Below are positions 23,982 through 37,131 of a DNA stretch of 64,000 nt, piece by piece. The stretch lies in NCBI GenBank assembly GCA_052426225.1, contig JBNJNM010000011.1, positions 806,001 to 870,000 on the forward strand. Reading direction: 5' to 3'. The position numbers and the translations under genes are program-made. Under the pieces are notes generated by a model. It saw only the letters and a list, made by a program, of their open reading frames with translations. It did no database searches and was not told the origin of the DNA. How positions within the stretch are numbered: position 1 is the first letter of the stretch; each line of letters opens with the position of its first letter. The stretch comes from Zancudomyces culisetae HAW-14-8. Lineage: Eukaryota; Fungi; Kickxellomycota.

Positions 23982-25901
23982 TTTATCTCCTAATTCTTTC
24001 CTCGACTGTTATCTTTTTTTTTTCGTTTTGTATCGAGTTCACTAAAAAAACAATAATAACTAAAACAAACAAAAGGAAAACGTCGGCATTGAGCTAGTTA
24101 ACTACAACTCACCTTAAATATCGCTTTACTAAGTATTTTCCTTTTTTTTATTTGTTAACCTGAATATTGCAACTAATTTCCCTTATCACTTGCACATATA
24201 ACATTTTTGATTGAAACAAGACTTGTCACATCAAATCAGCGCCGATTATATACTTTCCGTCCTTTTGCTCTATTAAATCAATTCGATAGTTGGCCAAATC
24301 AAATTTGCAGCCTTATAATTTGCATCACATAAGTGGTAATATATATTTCCGGAAGCGTAACCTTCACATGTAGCATTCTGCTTCATAAACACGAGTAATG
24401 GTCTAAGAAACATATTTTCCATTTGATTGCTGGTTTTACAACACTTTAGTAGTAAAGAGCCAAAATTTTTAATTTGCCGGTGCACTCTTTTACAAGGTGG
24501 TCTAATATAGGTCCATGTTACAGACTTTTTTTTTGATAGCCTGAATATCTTTAATTCATCCAAAATGAGTCTTCAAGTACACGGATGCATCCTGAACCAC
24601 AGTATACTAAAATACCAAGTTTTCATAATTTAACGCCTGAACACTCAGTTGCTACATTCATCAACACCCTTTTTAAAGCTGATCTTCTTTTCTTTCAAGA
24701 AACTTTCATATTTAAGAAAATATCATGAATGTACTGCGATGAGATGGTTGAAGGTGCGCTGGGGTTGGCATCCAGGTTTTGCTTTTTTATTTTCATATGT
24801 TTAAATTACCATGTTCCTATTTACATTGAGTAACTAAGCCGAGGGTTACTCACCAATAACATTGCTTATAGGAATAACTGCTATTCTGCGTGTGATGTTT
24901 CGACCTTTATGTTTACTCTTGAAAAGAAAGGGTCTACATGTTTATAGTTTTGTATATGTAAATTATATCAGAGTTATTTTCTAAAAATTTTACCCAAAAT
25001 GGTCGAATCACAGCATTTGCTGAAAATACACTTTGATTGTTACCAACACTAAAAATATATGATGTGACATGCGGTCACACATTCTCATCAACAAAGGTTT
25101 TGCTCAATCCAGCCCAGCCGAGTGCTTTAAAGCCTATAATACGCCAACTGATTTTTATCGGCGAATGTGTACCATAACCCATTACAACATAGACGCAAAA
25201 TGATGGTTGGCGTTGGTATATAGGCTAGTGTTTATGAAACAAGCGAAAAACCAACAACTGTCGATTCGTGCTGATATAAATAAAATAAACTAGGGCTACA
25301 AAAACCATGCATTACTTTTATTTTTACTTGCTATGAATGATAATTCCGGTAAAAAAGGTGGTTCAGACGCCAGGATATGATTATTGACTCCTATTTTTGT
25401 GTCGTTGTTTGGCCAGGTAGTCGTTTGGGTTGTATCTTAAACAAAATAAATAGGGATAGTGTGGTGGTTTGTATCGGACCGTAAAACATGGTTTTATTCA
25501 CTAGTACTACATCCACATCGAAAAGCACAATTCCACGCGTTTAAAGCAAGAGACTCTTCAATGATAAACAGCATAGAATTTATTAAGTGCTAGCCCAATT
25601 TTAGCAACCAGTGCTTTATTAGCCAAAAAAAACTGTGTTCAACCTTATATATTTATATTTTTTGTGGTCCCAGTCCAAACACAATTTTTGATTTTGAATG
25701 GAGGGAATTTTTGGGGAGAGGGGTAAGCCTCGCCCCCAATTATGGCGATTTGTTGGAAATCTATTCTAAAGTGAATTCAATTGGCTGATGCACGATTCGC
25801 AATTATTAACGAATGGTATTCTTTTCCACTTGTTTCTAAAAGGTGATCTATTTCTGAAAAACAAACAATTTTAAAATGGATCAAACACATCTTTACAAAG
25901 C

Positions 25902-26510
25902 AGAGTTTATACTCGTTAATGCATAGCCCACTGTATACTCTAATCACCTTCAATACATTTCTCTTTTGTTTGCACAATTTTCTGTATTAGCTTCCAAATA
26001 TCCACTTTCTTTACATTTTAAATGGCCATTAGCTAAATTCGGAACAAATATTACATCAATACATGCACATAATAGAATATTCATATGTTTGTTACCATAT
26101 TGCACCTGATAGTAGCCCATATACTCATACATGTTTAGTACCAAGAATCTAAATGACACTGAAAACGAGAAAAAAAAAAAAAACTATAAATATCGTATCG
26201 ACTTTCCCATATTTCTTTTCATTACAAAAATATAAAGTATATTTATTATACAGTGTTAATTACCAGTCTTAATATAATAATTAGTCTACAACTAAAACAA
26301 CAGAAAATAACAAAGTAATTGAAAATGATTATGAAATACGTCTCAGTTCTTTCACTATTCGGACTATCAGTATTGGCCCAAAGCACTGATACATCAGCAG
26401 CCAGCAGTACAAGCCTAGCATCTTCTATTTCAAGTGTTGTAAGTGCCACAAGTGCTGCAAGTGTTCCAAGCAGTGCAGCTCCAGCATCTTCAGCTCCAAG
26501 TGCTACAAGT
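25902..26510. repeat. Right arm of inverted duplication (promoter + 5' CDS of paralog B)
   Basis: Reverse complement of 17898-18524; identical shadow ORFs at 18267-18476(+) and 25950-26159(-). Confidence 0.95.
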
Positions 26511-27104
26511 ACTACAGGAGGCGCAAGTCTAGCATCTCCGAACCCAAGTTCTACAAACAGCGCAACCTCATCACCAAGCAGCACCTCAGCATCCCCGCCA
26601 AGTGATGTTGATGCCTTCGCAAAAGAGGCGTATGATGCCATAATAAAAGGCGCTAAAAACCGCCATGGTAGATATGTGAGTATTGATAGAGCTCTTCTTA
26701 AAAAAATACTGAAGCAGCCAGATGATTCAGATGATGATGACAAGAAAAAAGATACAAAAACAAAGGATGATGATGATGATGACGACGACGACGAGCACAA
26801 GAAAAAGCCCACAGAAACGAAGGCACCCCCACGTCCTCCAGCAAATAAACCATACAACAGTATGACGCCTGAGGAAAAAAAACAAATATTAAGCGACTTA
26901 ATTGACATGTTGACAAAGCTTAGAGGTGGAAATGTCGCAGCTGCATCAAGTAGTGCAGTACCCACTCCTTCTAAATCTACATCTGCATCCGCATCTTCAT
27001 CTGCAGCTAGCAGCTCGGAGACCGCTGTTTCTTCATCCAAAGATTCTGGATCAGCTAGTGTAAGTACTTCTGTCACAGGCGCCTCACAAGCTACTAGTGC
27101 CTAG
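26319..27104 (+). CDS. Secreted Ser/Ala/Thr-rich protein, paralog B (261 aa) with Asp/Lys-rich linker
   Basis: First 41 aa identical to paralog A; shares the AY..I....K..G....ID...L..IL.Q and KPY..MT.EEKK..L..L.D.L.K..G motifs. Confidence 0.85.
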   Translation: MKMIMKYVSVLSLFGLSVLAQSTDTSAASSTSLASSISSVVSATSAASVPSSAAPASSAPSATSTTGGASLASPNPSSTNSATSSPSSTSASPPSDVDAFAKEAYDAIIKGAKNRHGRYVSIDRALLKKILKQPDDSDDDDKKKDTKTKDDDDDDDDDEHKKKPTETKAPPRPPANKPYNSMTPEEKKQILSDLIDMLTKLRGGNVAAASSSAVPTPSKSTSASASSSAASSSETAVSSSKDSGSASVSTSVTGASQATSA

Positions 27105-27407
27105 ACTTATGGAGGTCGACATCGCCACACTGTTCTAGATTCAAGTCTTTTTTATAGTAATTACTGAACACTGATTTAGATTTTAATTTTTTGAATCTTA
27201 GCGGGACTTTAGATATAAAAACTTTAAATTATTATTATATTTTTTGCTGTTATCGCTGGTGTCTTTCTAATTACAACTTGTATATTTTATTATCATAGTA
27301 AAAATTGCTTATTTCTTGTTCTCCGAATGTGTTTGCATTTTTTAAAAAAAGAGATAAAATGTGAGTGTTGAGAACACTATTCGTAACACATTGCAAGTAT
27401 AAACTTC

Positions 27408-27441
27408 CCATATCCATATCCATATCCATATCTATATCCAC
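27408..27441. repeat. Imperfect (CCATAT)n microsatellite
   Basis: Directly visible. Confidence 0.8.
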
Positions 27442-27574
27442 ATACATCCCTGTTCCTGTTCTTGAACTCAAACGAGTTTGGAGATTTCAGACACTAGTGA
27501 GGTAATGATATGGTAATCCCAAGCCATTGTCTTAAAAACATACAAAACAAGTGTTTACATCACAGAATACACGC

Positions 27575-30500
27575 CTACAGCAACTCCTTGATGATTACAG
27601 GTTTCTTGACTGCGTTTGAGTAGCCTTCGTTGAACGAAAACCAAAATTCTGGTAGTTTTGTTATGTCTTTTTTAGGAATGTTCTGAAGTTCTGAATCAAC
27701 GTCATCTATTTAAAGCGTAGTTAATACAGCCAAGTGTTATGTCGGTTGTTTGTAAACTAAAACCATTTCTACCTAAAGACTAAAGAGGATGAGCGCAGAG
27801 AAATTTGGTTAGCCCACCCAAGTGCCAGATATTGAAAGAAAATTCACTTTTGAGTTCAAAACATTTCAAACCTCAGACAAGCAAAAGTATTCGGCTCTGT
27901 GATGGCAATTAGTGGATGAAATAAACGTAAGAAAAGGATCTAGTAATATTAGAAATGTATACTGACCGTCTTTTTTGGAAAGAGCAATGTTACTGCCTTT
28001 CTGAGTTTTTGCAACCGGTTTTACTGAAAAAAATGAAAGCATGCTAGTAAATTTTTTTTGTGCTTGAGGTTCATTGGGGTTTTTATTTTCAGTAGCTTTG
28101 ACTTCCTTGCCTAAAAGTGGTAGCTTTGAGCCTGAGTTTGTATTTTTCTTTACACTACTTTGCTTGGTTGAGTGGATTTTCAATTGCAGACTCTGTGAAT
28201 TCCTGTTGGTATTTAGCAGATCAGAGGAGATACTATTCATTTTTTCTGCCCCATCAGTTATGTGCTGTTGACTTTTTTGAATGCTGTGCCGTTTTAGGTA
28301 TGCTAGTTCGAGCTATTAGCAGTCAATACTTTCATTAGAAAAAGTCTTCAAGAAAAATATGTCTGACAATAAATCTTACTTGATGGTTGGCAAGCATTTT
28401 AACTTGATACTTTAATGGAGTCGCCTGTACTTTTGATACAGTCGAATATCGAGTGAGCTTATCTATTGGTCTAGTGTACAAGAATGTCAAGATAAGTTAA
28501 GCAGATAGCAAGTATATGATCGTATGATCAGTGTTTACATAGTTTTGAACATGAGATCACGAGGATGACTTACGGGGAGAGGTCAAATACAAAAGTGGTT
28601 TCGTTGATACGATTCTGCACAAATCTCAGGTTAAAGGACATCATCACTTTAATTAAGTGGTTTAGGGTCTGTTTCATTTCGTTAGTATATAGTGCTAGGT
28701 TTCCACCGGTTAGGCGTGGAGATAGTATTAAATTTAAATAATACGCCAGTTGTACAGAGTAGTTAACAGGAGAGTACGTTAGCCTGGTACTTTGAACTGG
28801 GCATTCGTTGAAAAATCTATCAACAGTGCTAACGAAAGCACGTGCCATATTTTGTGCCTATGGTAACATTTATACAGGTCAATTATTGGTAAAGTTATAA
28901 GTCTGTCTATAAAATAAGAAAACAGAAACGCCAACACCAAAACCAACAATAGTATGAATGTCAGCGGGCGAGCCCGGGCACTGTCACTTTAAATCATAGC
29001 TATCTACATAAAAAAAGACTGATGGTCTGATCTATAGTACTTACCAGCATTTCAGATTTTGGAAATACAAAGTTCCTATTTATTAAACCTAGTGAAGACC
29101 CACATGCTTGGTTTATAGCTACAAAGGGATACGAAATGTATTGCCACAAGTCGAATGTGTTTGAAGGATTTGATACCAGAAATAGATTCAAAGTATCATA
29201 GAAATAAATCCAATCGTGTAGCAAGCTTGAGAATTTATCATGTGTCAAGTCACGAACACCAAGCTTCAAATAGTTTTCAAAACAGCCTAGTTGTATATAA
29301 CGACAAATTAACATTTGTAATGCAAGTATATACATGTATGTACATTAAAAAAATACTGTAAATGTGGGTTTTGTTATGAGTAGCACATACCTTGCATAAG
29401 TTTGTCAAATTCTCCATTTGATTCTAATAATTTTATGAGGTGCGATTTTGCATCTCGGGTGCTAGTTGAATTGTCATATTGCTGGCTTTGTGAATTTTGA
29501 ATCGTAAAAATCGCCTCCCAAGCCGAAAACAGCGAGGCATGGTGATCCTTATCTCCCAAAAGTAGTTCTTTTTGGTTACTACCGCCTACGGAAATAAACT
29601 ATTGTGAAGGTATAGTATTCACAGAATCGTAAGAAAAAATGCTTTTTAAACACAAAAGTATAGGATTCAATAAAGAGATAAAAATCTGTAGTACCTGTAA
29701 AGAGTTCAAGCAAGATCTCAAATCGCCACGAGAACGCTTAACGAGCTTTGAGATTGTCCAGTTGTCGAGCTTTAGGTTCTCATTTAAACATACCCAGCTC
29801 AAATATTTTGTAGTGGCTAGTTCTGGTGGTGGGTAAATCTGGATACTTTGTGCAACTTCCCGCAACGGTAGTAGTGCTGGGGTGTACAAATCATTGCATA
29901 TACAGATTATAGGTCTAAGCAGCCCCGCGTTGCTGGCTTTTTTTTGCTGCCTCTTGCCCTGGTTTTGATCCAAACGATCAATGTCTTCACTACCCTTTTT
30001 TGAAGACTGGTGATTTTCTATGGTCGCTAGTTTAACCAAGATTGATATAAAATCCTACATTCGTAGTTATTCGCATAGGTTATGTAAACATAACGCCTTT
30101 AGAAAGTAGTACAATATCATCGAGACGAGCTTAGATTGTGAAAAAAAATAAAATACAGTAACCAAAAATAAAAAAAGGTACCTCATCACCAGCTTTGCTC
30201 CACGATACCCCATCTATCTCGTCGATTATTAGAAGCTGAGGAGCCTGGTTCTCTGTTATACTTTTTATTCCTGTTGCTGACAAAATCATGTTTTTAGCCT
30301 TTGCAGCAGTTCGATCATCACTAGCATTGATCTCAACTGGCTTATATCCTGCCTGCCTTGCTACAATGTGCGCCAACGTAGTTTTTCCTACACCTGGGGG
30401 ACCGCTCAAAAGTAGAATCTATTGGGTTTATTTCCAGTCAGCGCTTATTATTATGAGCCCAGCAGTCTAGAAAAGCAAAAAAAGAAAAAACTTACCTTCT

Positions 30501-32276
30501 TAAATGGTCTTTTTAGCGTATCAATCGGTTGGTTAGCCTCATCTCCTCTCATGTCATTTGATTTAGAAAACCCCATACCACCCTTTTTTGAGGAAAATCT
30601 AGTCCTTCCTGGCCTGTAATAATCCATCTGGAGGTGTGCTGGGTTGTCCCTATTAAACACACAATAGTCCCAATGCTTAACCCAGCTCAGTACCATTCTA
30701 TTTATTTTCTCGTTTCCAACCAGATCAAAAAAGGTTTTAGGTTTGTATTTATCTACCCAAAGCTGTCCCATAACTTTAGCTTTTTGAGGTTGGGAAGGAA
30801 CTTTGGTATAAATCGCATTTTTAGAGGATTCCATAGAGCTCCTTAGCGGGTCAACATTCCTGGATAGTTCAATATTCCTAACATAATTTTTATATAATAG
30901 CCAGATCAGCACTTGAATAAATATGATATTTATAAATCCATAACAACTTGGAACTTTTTTTTCTACCTGTTTAATTGCTCACGGTCCATCTTTTGCTCAA
31001 TATTCAGCACTATTTGGTTTATTCTGGGGTTTGTCCAGTTAAGGCTATCCCTGTTTCCTGGAACCCCGCCCATAATGCTTGGTAGGTTTGCTTCGAACCG
31101 CGTAAAATATAGTTTTTTTCCAGAAGATGCTTGTGCAGTGACATAATCCTTGGATTCTGGAATGTTAAAATACGTTTTGGTACCAACCTTAGAAACCCCG
31201 TCCTGTATTTTCAATAGATCCACTTGGTAAACGCGTTTATATATGTTTCTTTTCTTCATTTTTTCAACGTTTTTAGCAATCAGAAATTCAGCATCAATAC
31301 CCAGTTCTTCGGGATCTTCGACTATGATACATGCCTTAGATTTCTTGCGAGCTTCCATCAGCTTCTGATAAGCTTGTTCGGATTCTACCACACCCACCCT
31401 ATTACCCTCCTCATCCATATTATCAGTATTTTCTCTCGCTCTTTTCCCTCTGTTCATTTTTTTAAAGTACTCAGATTTGGCGTTTTTTCCAAAAGGCACC
31501 GCGTTAGGATCGGCATCCTCATATCCCCATTGTTGACCCGCATACACTCTTCCATCTGTAGCCAGTCCCTCATTATAATGGTATTCATTCTTTAATTTCT
31601 GTATAACACTCAACTCGGTGCCTTTTTTGTTTGAATTTTGCTTTCCGTATAACCTTTTCTGAATTCGTTCTTTTTGTATCAGGTTCGCATTTAAATCAAT
31701 GCTTTCTATGGGAATAGACTCATGGTATTGTGCAAAGTCACTGTACCCAGATTCAGACAATATTTTTATATTGGAGTTTTGCTTCGATGAAGAGTCTAGG
31801 TCCATCCTGGAGCTCCAATCGGTGCATGACCCACCTTTCCCCCCAAAATGTTCGGCTTCTAATTCATCGTCAAAAGGTAGCAAAACATTCTCGTCAAGTT
31901 TTCCAAATCCATTCACCTTTTTCTTTTTTAAGATGTCCTCGTCTGATGTATCTATATCGTTGGATTTCTTTGTATTCAACCATTCTGCAAAGCCTTTTGA
32001 CCAACTGTCATTTTTTTCTATTTCCTTGGTTATTTCATCGCCAAATAATTCAATCGAATCGCTGGGTCCGGCTAAGTTTATGTTGCTCGTGGTAGAGTAT
32101 GCATCATTATCAAAGTCAAGCCCTTCTGCGCCTGCATACTCCTCGAATCCGAAGTTTAAGGAAACACCTTCTTTTGTAGACGTGTCGGCCAAGGAATCCA
32201 TGGATAATTTAACTACCGAGCCCCGAGTTTCAGATGCGCTGAGGTAAGGTCTGTCTACTTTGGTATCATCAAGCAT
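27575..32276 (-). CDS. CTF18: Chromosome transmission fidelity protein 18 (RFC-like clamp loader large subunit), multi-exon
   Basis: LWVDKYKPKTFFDLVG, Walker A GPPGVGKTTLAHIVARQAGY..EINASDDR, Walker B IIDEIDG, RPIICICNDLY, GDLRSCLN, and C-terminal FWFSFNEGYSNAVKKPVIIKELL*. Confidence 0.93.
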
Positions 32277-32686
32277 TTTTTTTTAAACAATTGGCCTCAA
32301 AATGTGGAAATAGTACTACTCTCTTGATTTTGAGGGCTACCTTGCTTCATATATTGAACTCAACGAGCCTAGTATAGAGTTGTTTTGATTCTTAATGTGT
32401 TTATTGGAAATATTTAAAATCCTACCTATTTTAGATTAAATAAATTCGATACTCGTAGTTTATTGATCCACATTGTTTATTTTATTCAGCATTGTTTATT
32501 TATTTACTATTTTTAGTTGGGAGAGAATGGAATAACATAATTTGATCAGAAACAGGTGAATGATAAAACAGCCAATACAATATAAAAAAATAATTGAATC
32601 AATCAGCAAGTTTATTTTAGCTTATCATGGCAAATTAACATCCATTGTATACAACACACACTGTATTAAACTTAAAACCCATCTTG

Positions 32687-33325
32687 TCAGCCCTCCATGT
32701 TTTCGGGAAAAGGCAAACGCTTTATAGGTGCAAAAAGCGAGTATGCACAACCTTCGTTCAATGGTTTACTGAGTAATCGCCCTGGCTTTGAGGATACGAA
32801 AAAGAAGTTAGTTGTATAGGTCGATTCTTTGGCACACAACTCTACCTGTATCAAGAAAGAAGTAACCACATCCTCACTATAATGATGCAAATCTTTCTCA
32901 GCATAAGTGAATATGGGGTATTCGCACCTGTATCCAGGTTGGCTATTGTTTACTTTGGGGCTACCTTTTGCCCAATTCACATATTTTGTTGCTACGACAC
33001 CTAGAGCTTGACAACTTTCTTTGATCATAATCAGACCTTCTTTGAAGCTTACATTTTCATCTGAATACGGTATTTTTTGATAACCAACGATGTCAGGCTG
33101 TAGAATATCTGCGTTCAAAGTTCGTGTTGCCTTACCTAACAGGTTACTGCTATTTAATAGCCCATAGTCTGGCGTGAGTTGTGTGCTCGATACGAGGTTA
33201 TAAATATCATCGTTAACAAAGTAAGTCGGTATATCATGCATATAAAAGCCTGGTGAGTTTCCTTTATACCCCAATACTGTGTTCAAAACAGCCAGGAACA
33301 ATAGTGTTACTTTGATTTGACTCAT
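32687..33325 (-). CDS. Hypothetical secreted protein, 212 aa, 4 Cys
   Basis: Intronless ATG ORF with signal peptide MSQIKVTLLFLAVLNTVLG; no family recognised. Confidence 0.7.
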   Translation of the reverse strand: MSQIKVTLLFLAVLNTVLGYKGNSPGFYMHDIPTYFVNDDIYNLVSSTQLTPDYGLLNSSNLLGKATRTLNADILQPDIVGYQKIPYSDENVSFKEGLIMIKESCQALGVVATKYVNWAKGSPKVNNSQPGYRCEYPIFTYAEKDLHHYSEDVVTSFLIQVELCAKESTYTTNFFFVSSKPGRLLSKPLNEGCAYSLFAPIKRLPFPENMEG

Positions 33326-33844
33326 TGCAAAAAAATGTTTTTTTTTCTGGTGATGATTATTGCGATATCAATGTCTTGAATATTTATGTATCATACTCAA
33401 TACTTTTTGAAATATTTTATAGCGCCGAGTAAGGTGGTTATACACATGACCATAAATACATTTTGTGCAAAATCAGACCTAAAAAAAAATATGGGTTACA
33501 GCTATTATGTTGTTACAGGGGTCATATATATTATTTCTCTCAATGATATTGGTTTACTCCTGTTATAACTTGTAACTGAGTTAAACAAGATCCTGGAAAT
33601 GTCCAAACTAGTCTTTTTTATGCGTTTTTGAAGCAATATGTTGTTTTTTTTGGTAAAGCAACTATATTTGTCGAATGCATATTCAGCTTCTAATATATTT
33701 ATGTTGACATGTACTCCAAATACGTTATTCACATTTTACAAAAAACAAAACCAGAAAACAAAATTAAAAATACAGGTATAGATATCTAAGTTATAGTACA
33801 AAAAATTGGCATACAACACCAACTACACAGTAGCCTTAAAATAA

Positions 33845-35965
33845 TTAAGGCTCGCTACCAAGTTTAGAGAAACCTACTAAGTTTCGATGCCTTGTCCTTT
33901 TGTTGTTAGGTTTTTGAGACGCATAAAAACGATCATACCTTAATGTTTCTGGCTTTCCGCCAGAGCTTGGTGAGATAATTAAAACGCGGGTGTCAAAATC
34001 AAAGCCATTAAAACTACGAGAACGTACTATAGTTTCCCCAAGTTTAGAACAAGGTGTATCGGTGATGATGCTATCAAGAAGATACAAAGAGTTTCTTCGG
34101 AGAAAATCTAAAATCATAAACCCTACGTCCCGAGTTTGATCAAAGCAGAGTGATGTGGTGGTGTTTGTGGCATGACTTAACTTTACTGAGGGTATTTCAA
34201 GTGTTCCAGCAGCTACACTAAGCTTCCGCGGTTCCGGCTTACCAGTTGCTAAGTATGAAGTTTTGGCCTGACTCTCAGCGCGTATAGTTGGTGCATTGTT
34301 ATGATTTTTACATGTAGAAGGTATTTCCTTGGTAAGTCCTGATTCTTTATTGGTGATACATATTGCTTGACCTTCCTTTTGTACCTCTTTCCACTTCAGT
34401 GTATTTAATTCAAGATTACAAAGTAGCTCGTTATCGACAGGAATTAAATGTTCAAACTCCAAAAAAAGCGGTTTAACTATAAGCTTAGAGAATGCTATGG
34501 AAACATGACACTGGTCGAATACCTGTTCGTGCATAGAAAGAGTCATTGGTAGGCCGTGTAATCGTTCGGACTCTGCCTGTGAAAGGGATTCGAGGGTCAT
34601 CATATCAGACCAGGCTCTACTCAATCCCCATGGAAGAACGGGGTTAGATATATCTGCTAAATGTACAAGAACACTACTCAATGTTCGCCGCTCTCTACTA
34701 TTCAGCAGACCACCAGGCTCTAAGAAGGCCGCTAAAGGGTTATTATTCGCCACAGGCCCCTCCAGAGGTATATTTTCAATAGGTCTACTGGAATACTTTT
34801 GACACTTGATAGAATCGACAAGCAAGCCTTTCTCGCGCGAGATTTTAGCATTTCCAATTTTATTTCTTTCTAGAACTTGATCACAGTAATGAACTATTTT
34901 TCCAGACGCACTTTCAAAATGCCCATTAACCTGGTGAAATGATTTAAAATCTCCTAGCGTGTTAAAAGATTTGTTATCCACACTGGATTTGATTTTGTCA
35001 TCACCGAATGCACGCAACACCCTTTCTGACAGCGTATTTACAAGTTCTTTGCAATCGGATATACTATTAAAGTGCTGGGTCATATCTGTGTACAATATAG
35101 ACATTTTTATCTGTGAAATAAGAGCAGAAGGCACATCAGTTTCATCGATTGATTCGTCTATATATCGATTGGTAGATTCATTTTTTAAGTACTTAAAAAG
35201 GTTGGTTGAGTTTATGAGGTCCAGAGTAATTCCTACAGAGTGTTTTTCCAAGGTTGAGATAGGATATTTTTTAGCCAACTCACTGTTTAAATTAATCTGA
35301 TAGGTGTTGTTCAGGCCAGGCTAATATACAGTTAATTAGTTTGTCTTTCTTAGTTGAAGCTGTTGCTATAACAATGCTGAATAAAAATAAAAATGATTAA
35401 AAATCTATCTAGAATGTCATACTTACATGCCCAATATCGTGACATAGTCCGGCTATCAAAATAGCTACAAGATCAAATTTGGTAAAATATCCCATCATAA
35501 ACATGTCCCGCAAGAAATAATGGAGCTTTACCACTACATCTAGGCTATGCCTAAAACTGTGATACGGAACTTCTTGATATCCACTTTCCACTCCTAATAT
35601 AAACTCTAGTATACGATCTTCGTCTATCTTTAATGTACTTGGCACACGCAGTTCTTCAAATATTCCTAATACAATTCCTATGTTCTCGAGTCTATGATAC
35701 TTCCATGGATCATAGTTCATTCCTAACCGTGTTCTTCCGTTAAGAAAAATAGACCTCTTGGCCTAGTCGATAAAAATATTTGCATTCGTAATTAACAAGT
35801 ACTTTTTAACTAATATCTGAGATGCCCAAAAAACACTCAGTAGGTTGAACATCTGATAGCTCCAAGGAAAGCCGGCATCTAAATCAAACAAAAAATATTC
35901 GTACTTACCTTTTCAATTACAAGGAGCTCTTCACGGGTCAGTAAGTTTGTGTCTGTAATTGCCAT
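33845..35965 (-). CDS. Class I 3',5'-cyclic nucleotide phosphodiesterase, multi-exon
   Basis: PYHSFRHSLDV, CHDIGH|PGLNN, LEKHS, TDM and HLADISNP metal-binding motifs; probable first exon MAITDTNLLTREELLVIEK from ATG 35965. Confidence 0.88.
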
Positions 35966-37131
35966 TTCGTGTTCTTTAACGCTTGTTAGAGCTTAGAAGA
36001 ATCGAAGTTAGAATGTGCTTTTTTTGAGGATAACAGGGGTTAAAATACAATCGGTGGATTGAAATCCAATATACTCATTCATGGTATTTCTTGGTAAAAA
36101 TATCTTTTATAGGAGTTTTTGTTGTTTATATGTGTATATTTTACTTCGCTTTTTTCAAAAACCTTTTGTTAGCTACAATAAACGAAATGAAATACGGTAA
36201 TGCTATTTACCCGTTTAAGATTTCAAAATAAATAGTAATTCTAATAAATAATTGGATAAAATAGTGACACCACGAAAATAAACTCTGGCAGTTTTATTGT
36301 TCACATTTTAAGGATGTTAGTGGAAACTCGTTATTTGTTATTTCAATAAACGCTAGCTGGTGGCATGCCAGAAGCGCAATAGGCTATAATCGAGCACAGA
36401 TGTGGGTAAAAATTGTAGTTTCAGAACCAACACTTTTGTATGTGTATGTACGTAGTGTTCACCACTCGCCTTGAGCACAGTCCTATTAGATATGTCCCAA
36501 ATGTACTCTAAATGTCCGTGAAGACATGATATTGGAGATACCACTCAAGAGTAAAATCGGTGTTGGTTTCAAAGTCAGGACTCGCCCAAAAAAAACCTAT
36601 TCAAAATAACATAGTCATAAAGCATGGGTGCAAATTGTTTGACCACACGTATATTAGCACAGAGTTCTTCCTTTTTACAGCAATTCTTTACTCGCTTTTC
36701 TTTTCGTTGCGCTCTTGTGCCTAAACCATCAATACAAGTATGGCAACAACCATGAAATATCAAACAAGAAGCGCAAAGCTAAACTCAGATACCCACAGTC
36801 GCCATATCCAGCAGTTACTCTTTTACTGCCTTTTTTTTGTTTATCTCACATTATGTTCTGGCCAATGATTTTTAGGCTCTAGGCATTTTGTGCAAGCTAG
36901 CAAATAGAAATGCATTCGCTTCAAATTAGTTATTAATTTTGTTATCAGAATTTTTATCCTTTTTTTTTTAAAAAAGTTTTTCCAGCTATTATCGCTATTT
37001 GTTTTCCTAGTTATCATTAGAAATTACAGGCGTTGTCTGATACTAATTTATCTTGTTCAAATTTATTTTTCATTTTAAAGAATCTCAACCAGTTGCTCTT
37101 TGGTTTTCAAAATTGAGAAAGGAAATTAACG

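Noticed and set aside
17898-26510. Inverted repeats as terminal inverted repeats of a DNA transposon
   Set aside because: The arms consist of a promoter plus signal-peptide coding sequence; the interior holds housekeeping genes, with no transposase or TSD seen.
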